Shown here one piece after another: positions 8,716-18,635 of a stretch of 64,000 nt of DNA (within the stretch, counting starts at the first letter, position 1; every line of letters starts with the position of its first letter). Below the pieces are notes generated by a model. It searched no databases and was not told the DNA's origin. It worked only from the letters and a program-made list of their open reading frames with translations. This DNA comes from an uncultured delta proteobacterium (GTDB lineage Bacteria > Desulfobacterota > Desulfobacteria > Desulfobacterales > B30-G6): positions 352,001 to 416,000 of the forward strand of contig CAWGLD010000005.1 in the NCBI GenBank assembly GCA_963823335.1, written 5' to 3'. The position numbers and the translations under genes were made by a program.

Positions 8716-10830
8716 ATGGTGAAAAAAACAGATCCCAAAGAAAAGACCCTTAAAAAGACAACCCCAAAAGCCACATCTAAAATAAAACAGGCCAAAAAAC
8801 CAAAAGCAGATGCCGTCAAGACAAAAAAAACGGCAGTTAAAAAAGCCACAGCGGCAAAATCCAAGAAGAAATCCGTTCTGTCGTTGAAAAAAAGAAAACG
8901 TGCCGTGAAAAAGATCGCGGCTTCCAAAGCAACCCGGAAAACATCGAATAAAACGGCTCAACCTAAACCCGAAAAAACAGCATCCCATACGAAAATCATG
9001 GCAAAGAAAGATCAAAAGGCTCTAACGAAAAAGGCACCGCCTAAGATGAAAAAAACACAAGCGAAAACATCCAAATCCAAGCCGGAAAAAAATCTGGCAA
9101 TTAAGAACCAGAAGAAGCTGAAGACACTTATCACCAAAGGAAAAAAGCAGGGTTTTCTGACATATGAAGAGATCAATGAATTGATACCCGACGGGAAAGT
9201 GTCGGCCGAACAGATTGACAATACGTTGATCCTGTTTGGTGAAATGGGTATCACCATTACCGACAAGGAAAAAATATCCAAACAGATTGTAAAGCTTAAG
9301 GCGACGGAAAAGAAGGCCACCAAGACAGTTCAGAAAGGGTTGCCCGATTTTGGCACGGTGACAGACCCTGTTAAGATGTACCTGCGCGAGATGGGACTGG
9401 TTACCCTGTTGAGCCGCGAAGGGGAGGTTGAGATCGCCAAAAAAATTGAGGCCGGTGAACAGGATGTATTGAAGTCGCTTCTTGAAACCACCATGGGCGT
9501 CGACTATATCCTGAAATTGGGCGAACACATCAAGGAAGGGGAGTTGCGTCCCAAGCATGTTCTGCGTGATATCGACGAAGGCGACACATTTATCGACGAA
9601 GTGGTTCAAATTGCGAATTTTGGCGTCACCGTAACGGAGATAAAAGCGATCGACGATGAAAACAAAATTTTCAGGGAACAACTCATGTCGGACAACCTGC
9701 CGGCCGATGAACAGCGTAAAATCCGACGGTGCATTTCCCGCAGAAACACCAAGCTTTTCGAATCCCTGAAAGGATGGCGTCTGGAAGGTTCGGTTATCGA
9801 TCAGATGGAGGAAGACATCAAAAGGCTGAACGACTGGTTCGATGAGATGCAGCGACTGACAACATTATGTGCCGAGGCCTTTGGCATGCCCATCAAAGAT
9901 TTTCGAACCAGTCTGAAAAACAAGACCACATTTACTAGGTGGGCCAACAAACATTGCTCCCTCACACGGGATGAACTGGGAACCCTTTATAAAAGCCTGG
10001 CCAAAGTACGTGATGAAATCGAGGAAAAGGAAAAATTGACAAAGGCTAACAGCAGATCCCTGAAGCGAATCATCGCCAATGTCAACGAAGGACGTTTTTG
10101 GGCAAAGCTGGCCAAAAGTGAACTGATAAAAGCCAATTTGCGCCTGGTGGTCAGTATTGCCAAGAAATATACCAACAGAGGGTTACAGTTTCTCGATCTG
10201 ATACAGGAAGGTAACATCGGACTTATGAAGGCGGTTGATAAATTTGAATATCGAAGGGGATACAAATTTTCGACCTACGCCACCTGGTGGATTCGACAGG
10301 CGATCACGCGGGCCATTGCCGATCAGGCCCGGACGATTCGTATCCCGGTCCATATGATCGAAACCATCAACAAGCTCATACGGACCTCACGATACCTCGT
10401 GCAGGAACTTGGCAGAGAACCCAAACCTGAAGAGATCGCCGAAAAAATGGAAATTCCGCTGGACAAGGTGCGCAAAGTGCTCAAGATCGCGAGAGAACCC
10501 ATTTCCCTTGAAACACCCATCGGAGAAGAAGAAGATAGCCACCTGGGCGATTTTATCGAGGACAAAAAATTCGTTCTGCCCTCGGATGCGGCCGTCAATT
10601 TGAATCTGGCAGAACAGACCCGCAAGGTGCTCGCGACGCTGACGCCCAGGGAGGAAAAAGTGCTACGAATGCGTTTCGGTATTGGTGAAAAAGCGGATCA
10701 TACCCTCGAGGAGGTCGGTCAGGATTTTACCGTTACGCGTGAAAGGATACGGCAGATCGAAGCCAAGGCACTACGCAAGTTGAGACACCCCACAAGAAGT
10801 CGAAAATTAAAGAGTTTCATTGAAACCTAA
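8716..10830 (+). CDS. rpoD: Primary sigma factor sigma70 with a long Lys-rich N-terminal extension
   Basis: [39 protein letters not shown] and [25 protein letters not shown] at 8701-8706 favours ATG 8716 over 8620. Confidence 0.97.
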   Translation: MVKKTDPKEKTLKKTTPKATSKIKQAKKPKADAVKTKKTAVKKATAAKSKKKSVLSLKKRKRAVKKIAASKATRKTSNKTAQPKPEKTASHTKIMAKKDQKALTKKAPPKMKKTQAKTSKSKPEKNLAIKNQKKLKTLITKGKKQGFLTYEEINELIPDGKVSAEQIDNTLILFGEMGITITDKEKISKQIVKLKATEKKATKTVQKGLPDFGTVTDPVKMYLREMGLVTLLSREGEVEIAKKIEAGEQDVLKSLLETTMGVDYILKLGEHIKEGELRPKHVLRDIDEGDTFIDEVVQIANFGVTVTEIKAIDDENKIFREQLMSDNLPADEQRKIRRCISRRNTKLFESLKGWRLEGSVIDQMEEDIKRLNDWFDEMQRLTTLCAEAFGMPIKDFRTSLKNKTTFTRWANKHCSLTRDELGTLYKSLAKVRDEIEEKEKLTKANSRSLKRIIANVNEGRFWAKLAKSELIKANLRLVVSIAKKYTNRGLQFLDLIQEGNIGLMKAVDKFEYRRGYKFSTYATWWIRQAITRAIADQARTIRIPVHMIETINKLIRTSRYLVQELGREPKPEEIAEKMEIPLDKVRKVLKIAREPISLETPIGEEEDSHLGDFIEDKKFVLPSDAAVNLNLAEQTRKVLATLTPREEKVLRMRFGIGEKADHTLEEVGQDFTVTRERIRQIEAKALRKLRHPTRSRKLKSFIET

Positions 10831-10918
10831 TTCTTGACAAAAACCATCATGACGGGTACTAACGGGTTTACTTTATCCCTTGACGCCTCCATGGAATAAT
10901 TTATTTTAATGGTGCCTA

Positions 10919-10994
10919 GGGCCCATAGCTCAGCTGGCAGAGCCACCGGCTCATAACCGGTAGGTCCCTGGTTCGATCCCAGGTGGGCCCACCA
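10919..10994 (+). tRNA. tRNA with CAT anticodon, most likely tRNA-Ile2 (lysidine-modified)
   Basis: GGGCCCA/TGGGCCC acceptor stem with C4:G69 and C5:G68 (TilS determinants), anticodon loop CTCATAA, encoded CCA. Lacks initiator-tRNA features. Lies downstream of rpoD, as ileX does in E. coli. Confidence 0.9.
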
Positions 10995-11091
10995 AGAAAA
11001 AAGGCTTTGAGGACAGTGCATTTAAAAAGACCTATCAGGGTCGGGTGATTGGATGCTTGACTTTTCTATGCAATGGAAAAGTTGATCTAAG

Positions 11092-11125
11092 GGCGTGGCA
11101 GTTCAACCGAACCACGCCTTTTTTT
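11092..11125 (+). terminator. Rho-independent terminator after rpoD/tRNA
   Basis: GGCGTGG...CCACGCC stem followed by T7. Confidence 0.75.
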
Positions 11126-11214
11126 ATTGCATAACTTCGCATTTGTGACGCACATCTGGACACAAACGATGTTCGCTGAACTATCCTGGAAACAGATGTC
11201 GTATAGGAGATGTA

Positions 11215-12018
11215 ATGGGCTGTAAACTGGGTGAGGTCATCGATGCTGTCGAAGAGATAATTCCCAGCGAACTTGCCGAAGAATGGGACAACAGCGGCAT
11301 GCAGCTGGGAGATCGCGACTGGCAAGTTGAAAAGATCTGGGTGGCGCTCGATCCTTTGCCTGAGGTGATATCGGCGGCTTGCCGGAAAGATGTCGATCTT
11401 GTCATTACCCACCATCCCCTGATATTTAAGCCCCTCTCCACCATAGATGTCAGCACGCTGGAGGGTTTTGTGATTCAACAGGCCCTGGATCATCAGGTGG
11501 CCATTTATGCAGTCCACACCAATCTTGACAGAATCGAGGGTGGTGTTAATGACGTTCTGGCCTCCAGGATCGGTTTGTGCAATACCACACCCTTGTCCAT
11601 TGATAGGGTTTCGGGAAAACCCGGATTTGGAAGAATTGGAAATCTGGCGCTGCCAACGCCCCTTGCTTTGTTGGCCAAAAAACTCAAGCAGGCATTGGCC
11701 CTGGGTCATCTCAGGGTGGCCGGGAATCTGGACCTGGTCATCAAGACGGCGGCTGTTTGCTCAGGGAGTGGTTCCGGTATGCTCAGCGCTTTCTTCGATT
11801 CCGGGGCAGATGTGTTCATTAGCGGCGATCTAAAATACCATGATGCGCGGAATTTTGAATTTGCCCAAAAAGCGCTTATCGATATCGGCCATTTTGCCTC
11901 AGAACATTTGATAGTCGAAACGTTTGCTGAACGACTGAAGCGTCACTTTCATGACAAAAAGTTGGTTTTGACAGTGGCCTCTTACAGACGCGAAAAAGAT
12001 CCTTTTGTGATTTTATGA
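11215..12018 (+). CDS. Nif3-like dinuclear metal centre protein (YbgI/YqfO family)
   Basis: AEEWDNSGMQLG, ITHHPLIF, HTNLD, GDLKYHDA and GHFASE motifs. Confidence 0.93.
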   Translation: MGCKLGEVIDAVEEIIPSELAEEWDNSGMQLGDRDWQVEKIWVALDPLPEVISAACRKDVDLVITHHPLIFKPLSTIDVSTLEGFVIQQALDHQVAIYAVHTNLDRIEGGVNDVLASRIGLCNTTPLSIDRVSGKPGFGRIGNLALPTPLALLAKKLKQALALGHLRVAGNLDLVIKTAAVCSGSGSGMLSAFFDSGADVFISGDLKYHDARNFEFAQKALIDIGHFASEHLIVETFAERLKRHFHDKKLVLTVASYRREKDPFVIL

Positions 12019-12096
12019 CCGAAACATTTCGTGACATATGACAGGCAATACCGTACTTGACGATTTGCCAATACAAATAATGGAATAGGAGAGAAC

Positions 12097-12810
12097 ATGG
12101 CTATGCGGGAGCAAATAGCAATACTGGTAAGGCTTCAGGCCATTGATTCAGATATCCAGGAAATCGAAAAAAGACTTGGAAAAGTGGACGGAGAAATGGC
12201 CGGTCTCGATTTGGAGATAGAAACGTTTGTGTCAGCGATGAAGGAAAAAGCGTCTGTTCACGAAGAATATCAGAGGCGATATCGGTCACTGGAGTCGGAT
12301 GCCAATATGAATCTTCCTAAAATTGCCAAAAGCAAAGAAAAACTGGCATCGGTCAAAACCAACAAGGAGTATCAGGCCCTACTGAAAGAGATCGAAGATC
12401 TAAAAACTGCCAATTCCACGTTAGAGGACCAGATGTTGGAAATCCTTGAGCAGAGCGATAATGCTGAAACGCAGATTCGTGATAAAAAACAAGCGTTTGA
12501 AACTGCAAAAATTAGAGTGGCTGAAGAAAAGGCAGGCATAGCAATGACTGCCGAACAAGATCGCTCAAGACTTGCCGGGCTTCAGGCAGATTATCAGACA
12601 GTCCTGGGTAGCGTAAATCCGGATATTTTGAAAGCATTCAGATCGGTCCGGAGCCGGATCGGAAACCTCGCCATAGCCAAGGTCGAAGATGCTGTATGCG
12701 CCGGATGCCATATGAACGTACCGCCCCAGATGTACAACGAACTTCAGCGATTTGAATCGCTCATGTACTGTCCGCAATGTCAGCGGATAATTTATAGCAG
12801 TAAACTATAA
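12097..12810 (+). CDS. Coiled-coil protein with C-terminal C4 zinc ribbon (DUF164-like)
   Basis: Long coiled coil ending CAGCHM...CPQCQRI, in its usual position between nif3 and rnpB. Confidence 0.9.
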   Translation: MAMREQIAILVRLQAIDSDIQEIEKRLGKVDGEMAGLDLEIETFVSAMKEKASVHEEYQRRYRSLESDANMNLPKIAKSKEKLASVKTNKEYQALLKEIEDLKTANSTLEDQMLEILEQSDNAETQIRDKKQAFETAKIRVAEEKAGIAMTAEQDRSRLAGLQADYQTVLGSVNPDILKAFRSVRSRIGNLAIAKVEDAVCAGCHMNVPPQMYNELQRFESLMYCPQCQRIIYSSKL

Positions 12811-12812
12811 TC

Positions 12813-12907
12813 GTTTTAAGTTTTTGCTTTTAAGTTTTAGGTGGTTAAGAGTTGAGAAGCTATTTTTTTGTAAGGAAAACGTAACACCTAAAACTTAATA
12901 CCTAACA
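12813..12907. repeat. Heptamer (TTTTAAG/TTTTAGG) inverted-repeat element upstream of rnpB
   Basis: 14-bp perfect IR TTAAGTTTTAGGTG (12830-12843) / CACCTAAAACTTAA (12885-12898). Confidence 0.8.
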
Positions 12908-12924
12908 CCACAGAAAGTTATTGG

Positions 12925-13306
12925 CCAAAGCAGATCAAACGATCGCTGGGTCAACCTGGTTGACCGGGAGGAAAGTCCGAACACCAAAGGGCAGGGTGCT
13001 CCATAACATGGAGTCGCGGTGACGCGAAGGAAAGTGCAACAGAAAGTATACCGCCCGGTGCTTGAAAGAGCATCAGGTAAGGGTGAAATGGTGCGGTAAG
13101 AGCGCACCAGTTCCCCGGGTGACCGGGGAAGCTTGGTAAACCCCACCCGGTGCAAGACCAAATAGGGAAGCGACTGAGAACGGCCCGTTCGAGCTTCCGG
13201 GTAGGTCGCAAGAGGTGGCAGGCAACTGTCACCCTAGATGAATGATCGTTACCCGAATGAGGGAAACCTGATTCGGGCACAAAATTCGGCTTATGAGCTG
13301 CTTTGG
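12925..13306 (+). ncRNA. rnpB: RNase P RNA, bacterial type A
   Basis: GAGGAAAGTCC, GAAAGTGCAACAGAAA, GGTAAACCCC and ACAAAATTCGGCTTA conserved blocks. Terminal pairing TATTGGCCAAAGCAG / CTGCTTTGGCCAATA. Ends are approximate. Confidence 0.96.
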
Positions 13307-13319
13307 CCAATATTTATGC

Positions 13320-13437
13320 AGTTTTAGGTTTTAAGTTTTGTCTACAAGTTATTAGCCATTTGCAGGTAACAGCTTACCATTTCATTCTGTTAGCGCTAAG
13401 CTTGGGCCGCCTAAAACTTAAAACCTAAAACTTAACA
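13320..13437. repeat. Heptamer (TTTTAAG/TTTTAGG) inverted-repeat element downstream of rnpB
   Basis: 20-bp perfect IR AGTTTTAGGTTTTAAGTTTT (13320-13339) / AAAACTTAAAACCTAAAACT (13413-13432). Confidence 0.85.
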
Positions 13438-13454
13438 CGAGAGTATTATCGCCC

Positions 13455-14759
13455 ATGGAATCACTTGAAAACAACCTTTCTTTTCTCGAAAAGGCGCGCA
13501 TATTTTCTCACGATTATATCAAATGCTGTCTGTATATTGCGACATGTGATGTGGACACGGCTCATTTTACCAAGAATCTCTATTCCCGGCTTATCGGTGT
13601 ATCTCAAGTGTTGGAGGACTTTCTCGATTTCCATGGCGCAAAAAACAACGAGGCCTGGTATTTTTACAGAGAACTCACTGCAGCCATTCGCCACTTGAGT
13701 CTGGGTGCTTATTCACAGTTGCACATTCAGAACCGAATGATTTTCTATGATTTGCAAGGAACTGAGGAATTTAAGCATGAAGGTGCAAGCACGTCCCGTT
13801 TTCTGACCAGTTCACTGATCAGACTGGCACCGGTTATTATTGAGGAGGCGCGTCTGCTCCAAATTCCGTTTCCGGTCACCTCATTTAAAGCGGAAGATTT
13901 TCCGGCTATAACGACTCAGGAAATATTGAACTACGACATCGATGATGAATCCAAGGATGTTCAAAAGAAGAACATCGTTAAAATATCAGGTGAGTTAATA
14001 AGAATCGCTCATTCATTTGACGAATTTGTGTTTTATGAGCCATACGATCTGGATGAGATGCGGGCGCTTGTCCCCGAAAAAGTAAACGAAGTTGAAATCC
14101 GACGTTTCGAAATGCTGGTTCATAATCTTCAATCGTCTTTTGATACGTACGTGATTCATGGTGGCTATCTATTTGGAAATCGAAAACTCAAACAGCTGAG
14201 AAGCTTTTTTTCAGTTGTGTTTCATCTGCTACAGATGATCGGCCGTTTGCTGCATTTATACGAGAGACATCTCCACGATGCCGGATATAAAAATATCTAT
14301 AAGAAGGTTCAGGGCAGGCTGTCCGAGCTGGTCAATCCGGAAAAATTACTGGACAGAACCATCAATTATGGCCTTTTCTTTGTCTGCCACTTCCTGACCA
14401 CCGCGATAGGCCTGGCCAAAGAAATTTTGAATGAAAATATCGAACGGTCGATTGTCAGGGTAGGTGTTCCAATGGCGCTCGGTTTTCATATGAGACCCAG
14501 CCTCCTGGTTGCCAAAATCGTACAGTACTACGGCGGTGAAGTGGAATTATGTGTTGGCAAAGATCGTTTTGATGCCAGTAGTGTTCTTGATATCCAGTGG
14601 GCTGGAGGCAAAATTCAAAAAGAAAAAATCACTGAAGTACAGTTCGAAGGTGACGTTCGGGCATTGAAAGACATCCAGATTCTTGCGGGTGCCAATTATG
14701 GAGAGGACACCATGGGAAAGGATGCACCGCTACCGGGAGAATTGAAATACCTGAGATAA
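13455..14759 (+). CDS. Protein with an unrecognised ~330-aa N-terminal region and a C-terminal HPr-like domain
   Basis: C-terminal GFHMRPS (HPr GLHARP His site) and DASSVLDI (HPr Ser46 region). Confidence 0.8.
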   Translation: MESLENNLSFLEKARIFSHDYIKCCLYIATCDVDTAHFTKNLYSRLIGVSQVLEDFLDFHGAKNNEAWYFYRELTAAIRHLSLGAYSQLHIQNRMIFYDLQGTEEFKHEGASTSRFLTSSLIRLAPVIIEEARLLQIPFPVTSFKAEDFPAITTQEILNYDIDDESKDVQKKNIVKISGELIRIAHSFDEFVFYEPYDLDEMRALVPEKVNEVEIRRFEMLVHNLQSSFDTYVIHGGYLFGNRKLKQLRSFFSVVFHLLQMIGRLLHLYERHLHDAGYKNIYKKVQGRLSELVNPEKLLDRTINYGLFFVCHFLTTAIGLAKEILNENIERSIVRVGVPMALGFHMRPSLLVAKIVQYYGGEVELCVGKDRFDASSVLDIQWAGGKIQKEKITEVQFEGDVRALKDIQILAGANYGEDTMGKDAPLPGELKYLR

Positions 14760-15457
14760 TGCAGACACATGCCATCATTGTCAGTGCCGGGCGGGGCGTC
14801 CGGATGAATCAGGCGACACCCAAACAGTACCTCTTACTGCAGGGAAGACCAGTGCTGTGTCATACGGTCATGGCCTTCAGCAAATGTCCCGAAGTTGATA
14901 AGATTTTACTGGTGGTGCCGGAAAAGGATATCCGGTACTGCCGGGAGCAACTTCTTTCCGATTTGTGTATCGATACACCGGTCAAGGTTCTTGCCGGGGG
15001 TAAACGGCGGCAGGATTCGGTATTCAACGGCATTCTATCCATTGACGACAGGGATGGTATTGTGGTAATTCACGACGGAGTGCGCCCGCTGATACGGCCG
15101 CAGATGATATCGCGCTGTATCAACAAAGCCATGACCACGGGCGCCTGTATTTTGGGTGTGCCTCTGCAGGACACCCTCAAAATGGTGGGCTGCGACAGCC
15201 TGATACAAGGAACAATCAAAAGAGAGCGTCTGTGGACCGCTCAGACGCCCCAGGCCTTTCACTATCAACTCATTCGTGAGGCACATGAAGCTGCAGCCAA
15301 AGCAGGCGTCGAAGCCACGGATGACGCGGCTTTGATGGAACGGATGGGTTCGCCAGTGTACATCTTGCGGAGCACAGCGGACAATCTTAAAATTACGACA
15401 AATGACGATCTGGTTTTGGCAGATGCAATTTTGTCGCAAACCAAGCAGGAGAGATGA
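14759..15457 (+). CDS. ispD: 2-C-methyl-D-erythritol 4-phosphate cytidylyltransferase
   Basis: AGRGVRM..PKQYL, RQDSVFNG, IHDGVRP, QTPQAF, TDDA and NLKIT motifs. Confidence 0.95.
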   Translation: MQTHAIIVSAGRGVRMNQATPKQYLLLQGRPVLCHTVMAFSKCPEVDKILLVVPEKDIRYCREQLLSDLCIDTPVKVLAGGKRRQDSVFNGILSIDDRDGIVVIHDGVRPLIRPQMISRCINKAMTTGACILGVPLQDTLKMVGCDSLIQGTIKRERLWTAQTPQAFHYQLIREAHEAAAKAGVEATDDAALMERMGSPVYILRSTADNLKITTNDDLVLADAILSQTKQER

Positions 15458-17961
15458 TATTGTCGTTACCTGAAATATTGATTGTGGATGATGATGCCAG
15501 TTTCCGGGGGCTCCTGGAGGAGTTTCTCAGCAAACAGGGTTTTCATGCCTCGGCTGTCAGTGGTGGGGAAGACGCCGTGAAACAACTGTCCAAAAGGAAA
15601 TTCGATGTTGCCCTGCTCGATCTGATGATGCCTGGAATGGATGGTTATGAAGTCATGGACTTCATCAACGATCAAGAACTTGAAACCAATGTCATCGTTA
15701 TGACCGGCAATGCCTCGACACAATCGGCCGTTACTTCTTTGCGGAAAGGTGTATACGATTTCCTGGACAAACCCTTTGATCTGGAAGCATTGTCCAGCGC
15801 CATTAAGGGTGCCATTGGGAAAAAGCGCTCCAACGATGAAAAAAAAAGAGCCAAGGAAGAACTTGTCCAGGCATACAATGACATGGAAGCCGAAATCCGG
15901 GATCAGACTGCCGAGCTTCTGCGGAAGCACGACCAATTGGACTTGGAAATAGAAAATCGAAATCTTGTTGAAGCTGCCTTTCGAGACAGTGAAAGCAAAT
16001 ATAAATCCCTGACTGATAATTTGAATGTGGGCGTGTATCGCAATACCGTGGGTGCAGAGGGACAGTTTATCGAAGTGAATCCGGCCATCGTGCAAATGTT
16101 TGGTTATGATTCACGGGAAGAATTTACCGCGGTGAATGTTTCCGATCTGTATGAAGATCCGTCTCAACGGTTGAAATTCAGTGAGGGGCTGGCCAAAAAA
16201 GGTTTTACCAAGAACATCGAACTGTGCCTAAAACGAAAGGACGGTACACCTTTTGTCGGGGCGGTATCCGCCGTGGCCGTCAAGGATGAGCGTGGTGAAA
16301 TTCAGTATTATGATGGGATTATCGAAGATATAACCGAGCGGAAACTTGCCGATGAGGCGCTCATCAGAAACGAACACTGGTATCGAACCCTTACCCAGAT
16401 CGGGCTTTCCCTGTCCGCGGAAAAGGACACCAAGAAACTTCTGGAACGGATTGTCATCGAGGCCCGGACCCTTACCAATGCTGATGCCGGAACTCTTTAT
16501 CTACTGGACAAGGAAACCCAGGAACTGACATTCGAAATTGTCCAAAATGATTCCATACAGATCGAAATAGGCGGCACGGGCGGTGTGAATGCCGAGTTGC
16601 CCAATGTGCCGCTGTTTATCAATGGTGAACCCAATCATGCCAATGTGTCGTCTTCGGTTGCCTTGACCGGTGAGACCATCAATATAAAAGATGTTTACGG
16701 GCCAGAAGGAAAACGATTCCCGGGACCCAGGGAATATGACGCCATATCCGGTTATCACACAAAATCGATGCTTGTCATGCCCCTCAAGAATCACGAAAAC
16801 GAGATCATTGGGGTCTTGCAGCTGTTGAATGCCAAACACCTGAAAAGTGGTCAATCCATCTTTTTTTCCGAAGGGTACGTTGATCTGGTAGCCGCCCTTG
16901 CGTCCCAGGCAGCGGTAGCCCTGACCAATGCCCAGTTGATCGAGAACCTCAACAATCTCTTCTATGCCTTTATCCGGAGCATTGCCACCGCTATCGATGA
17001 AAAATCTCCCTATACCGGAGGCCATATAAATCGGGTGGTTCAACTGAGTATGATGCTGGCCGAGAAAATCAATCAAGACGAGACAGGCGCTTTCAAGAAT
17101 ATCCACTTCACCAAGGAAGAGCTGGAAGAGTTGCGTCTGGCAGCATGGATGCATGATGTCGGTAAGGTGACGACCCCTGAAAATATCGTCAATAAGGCAA
17201 GCAAACTTGAAACAATTTTCGATCGCGTCAATTTAGTCGAAACCCGGTTTGCCCTGATTGCGTCTGAGATGGTTAACAAGCACCTGGAGGTAAAGCTGGA
17301 ATTGTTGAAAAGGAAGCAGGTCGATCTTTCAAACGTGGGTCTGGCCGACCAATCGTTAGCTGAAGATTTGCAGATATTGCTTCAAGAGCTTGAATTCATT
17401 AAAACGTGTAACAGCGCTAATCAGCCCATGACCGAAGAACGACTCACGCGTCTTCGGAACATCGGAAAGAAGGAATACACGTTTCAAAATGAAAAACGAG
17501 CATACCTGACCGAAGATGAAATCAAGAATTTGAGCATACGCTACGGCAACCTCACGGACGAGGAGCGTATGGTTGTTGAGAATCATGCCAACATGACGCT
17601 CAAGATATTAAAGCAGCTGTCTTTTCCGTTGAAGCTGGAGAAGGTTCCGGAGTTCGCCGGTGGGCATCATGAGAAGTTGGATGGTTCGGGTTATCCTCTG
17701 GGACTTACGGGAAAAGAGCTTCCGCTGCAGACCCGGATTCTGGCCATTGTCGACATTTTCGAAGCGCTGACTGCCCGGGACAGGCCTTATCGTAAACCCA
17801 TGAAGCTTTCCGAGGTGACCAAGATCATAGGATTTATGAAAGATAACCATAAAATTGATCCAGATCTGTTCGATCTTCTCATCGAAAGCGGCGCCTATTT
17901 TGAATACGCCATGCAAGAAATGGATCCTAAGCAGATAGACATACCCAATCCTGTTTCATGA
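15454..17961 (+). CDS. REC-PAS-GAF-HD-GYP response regulator, putative c-di-GMP phosphodiesterase
   Basis: N-terminal receiver (VDDD, LLDLMMPGMDG, KP), a PAS domain, a GAF domain, then HDVGK and HHEKLDGSGYP. Confidence 0.92.
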   Translation: MILSLPEILIVDDDASFRGLLEEFLSKQGFHASAVSGGEDAVKQLSKRKFDVALLDLMMPGMDGYEVMDFINDQELETNVIVMTGNASTQSAVTSLRKGVYDFLDKPFDLEALSSAIKGAIGKKRSNDEKKRAKEELVQAYNDMEAEIRDQTAELLRKHDQLDLEIENRNLVEAAFRDSESKYKSLTDNLNVGVYRNTVGAEGQFIEVNPAIVQMFGYDSREEFTAVNVSDLYEDPSQRLKFSEGLAKKGFTKNIELCLKRKDGTPFVGAVSAVAVKDERGEIQYYDGIIEDITERKLADEALIRNEHWYRTLTQIGLSLSAEKDTKKLLERIVIEARTLTNADAGTLYLLDKETQELTFEIVQNDSIQIEIGGTGGVNAELPNVPLFINGEPNHANVSSSVALTGETINIKDVYGPEGKRFPGPREYDAISGYHTKSMLVMPLKNHENEIIGVLQLLNAKHLKSGQSIFFSEGYVDLVAALASQAAVALTNAQLIENLNNLFYAFIRSIATAIDEKSPYTGGHINRVVQLSMMLAEKINQDETGAFKNIHFTKEELEELRLAAWMHDVGKVTTPENIVNKASKLETIFDRVNLVETRFALIASEMVNKHLEVKLELLKRKQVDLSNVGLADQSLAEDLQILLQELEFIKTCNSANQPMTEERLTRLRNIGKKEYTFQNEKRAYLTEDEIKNLSIRYGNLTDEERMVVENHANMTLKILKQLSFPLKLEKVPEFAGGHHEKLDGSGYPLGLTGKELPLQTRILAIVDIFEALTARDRPYRKPMKLSEVTKIIGFMKDNHKIDPDLFDLLIESGAYFEYAMQEMDPKQIDIPNPVS

Positions 17962-17991
17962 TACGAATTAGGTTGTTTAGTCTACAGCCTA

Positions 17992-18489
17992 TCAGCCTGC
18001 ACATTCAGAAAGAAAATTCTGAATGTGTTCAATGACCTCCTGTGGAGAACCGGCATAGAACAGACGGCCTTGATGTTGAAACGGTTCAAATCGTTTCTCT
18101 TCCCCGTAATTCAACAGTATAACCGGTTTGCTGCATTTCAATGCCAGGGCAATTTCAGACAAGGTCCCCATGCCCCCTGGACACGCGACCACAATGTCGC
18201 TGGAGAGGACATTGATGCAGTTTCTGGCATTTCCCATTCCGGTGACGATCGGTATGTGGATGTATTTTGAAGCCGTTTTTGCGCTACTTCCCGGAAGTAT
18301 GCCGATGGTCAGGCCTCCCTGGTCGCTGGCACCTTTTGCCGAGGATTCCATAACCCCGGTGTTTCTTGCTCCGTTTAAAAGAATCCAGCCCTGCCCGGCG
18401 ATAAGGCCCCCCAGGGTGTAGGCGTTTTCACGTTCCGTGGCACTGGCGGCACCCCCCCCCATGACGCCGATAATCAGAGGTCTTTTCAT
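17992..18489 (-). CDS. LOG/SLOG-family Rossmann-fold protein (TIGR00725-like)
   Basis: IGVMGG, GVMESSAKGA, GMGNARN and PGGMGTLSE motifs. Confidence 0.88.
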   Translation of the reverse strand: MKRPLIIGVMGGGAASATERENAYTLGGLIAGQGWILLNGARNTGVMESSAKGASDQGGLTIGILPGSSAKTASKYIHIPIVTGMGNARNCINVLSSDIVVACPGGMGTLSEIALALKCSKPVILLNYGEEKRFEPFQHQGRLFYAGSPQEVIEHIQNFLSECAG

Positions 18490-18507
18490 ATGATCTCCTC
18501 ATCTACA

Positions 18508-18634
18508 TAGGCTGTAGGTGTCTAGGCTGTAGACTGTTAGGAATTGCCTATCGTATAGGTGGAATGCAAGTACTTTCCCTGACATTACCATTTAACAAAC
18601 CATATGCCCACTGCGGTCTACGACTAACAGCCTA
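18508..18634. repeat. TAGGCTG/CAGCCTA heptamer inverted-repeat element (collapsed copy also at ~17968-17998)
   Basis: TAGGCTGTAGGTGTCTAGGCTGTAGACTGTTAGG ... GTCTACGACTAACAGCCTA. Confidence 0.7.
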
Positions 18635-18635
18635 T

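Noticed and set aside
10919-10994. Calling this tRNA-Met or initiator tRNA
   Set aside because: It has no C1:A72 mismatch and no three G:C anticodon-stem pairs. The acceptor stem fits Ile2 better.
12895-13310. Two minus-strand ORFs (88 and 119 aa)
   Set aside because: They are antisense to RNase P RNA and are spurious.
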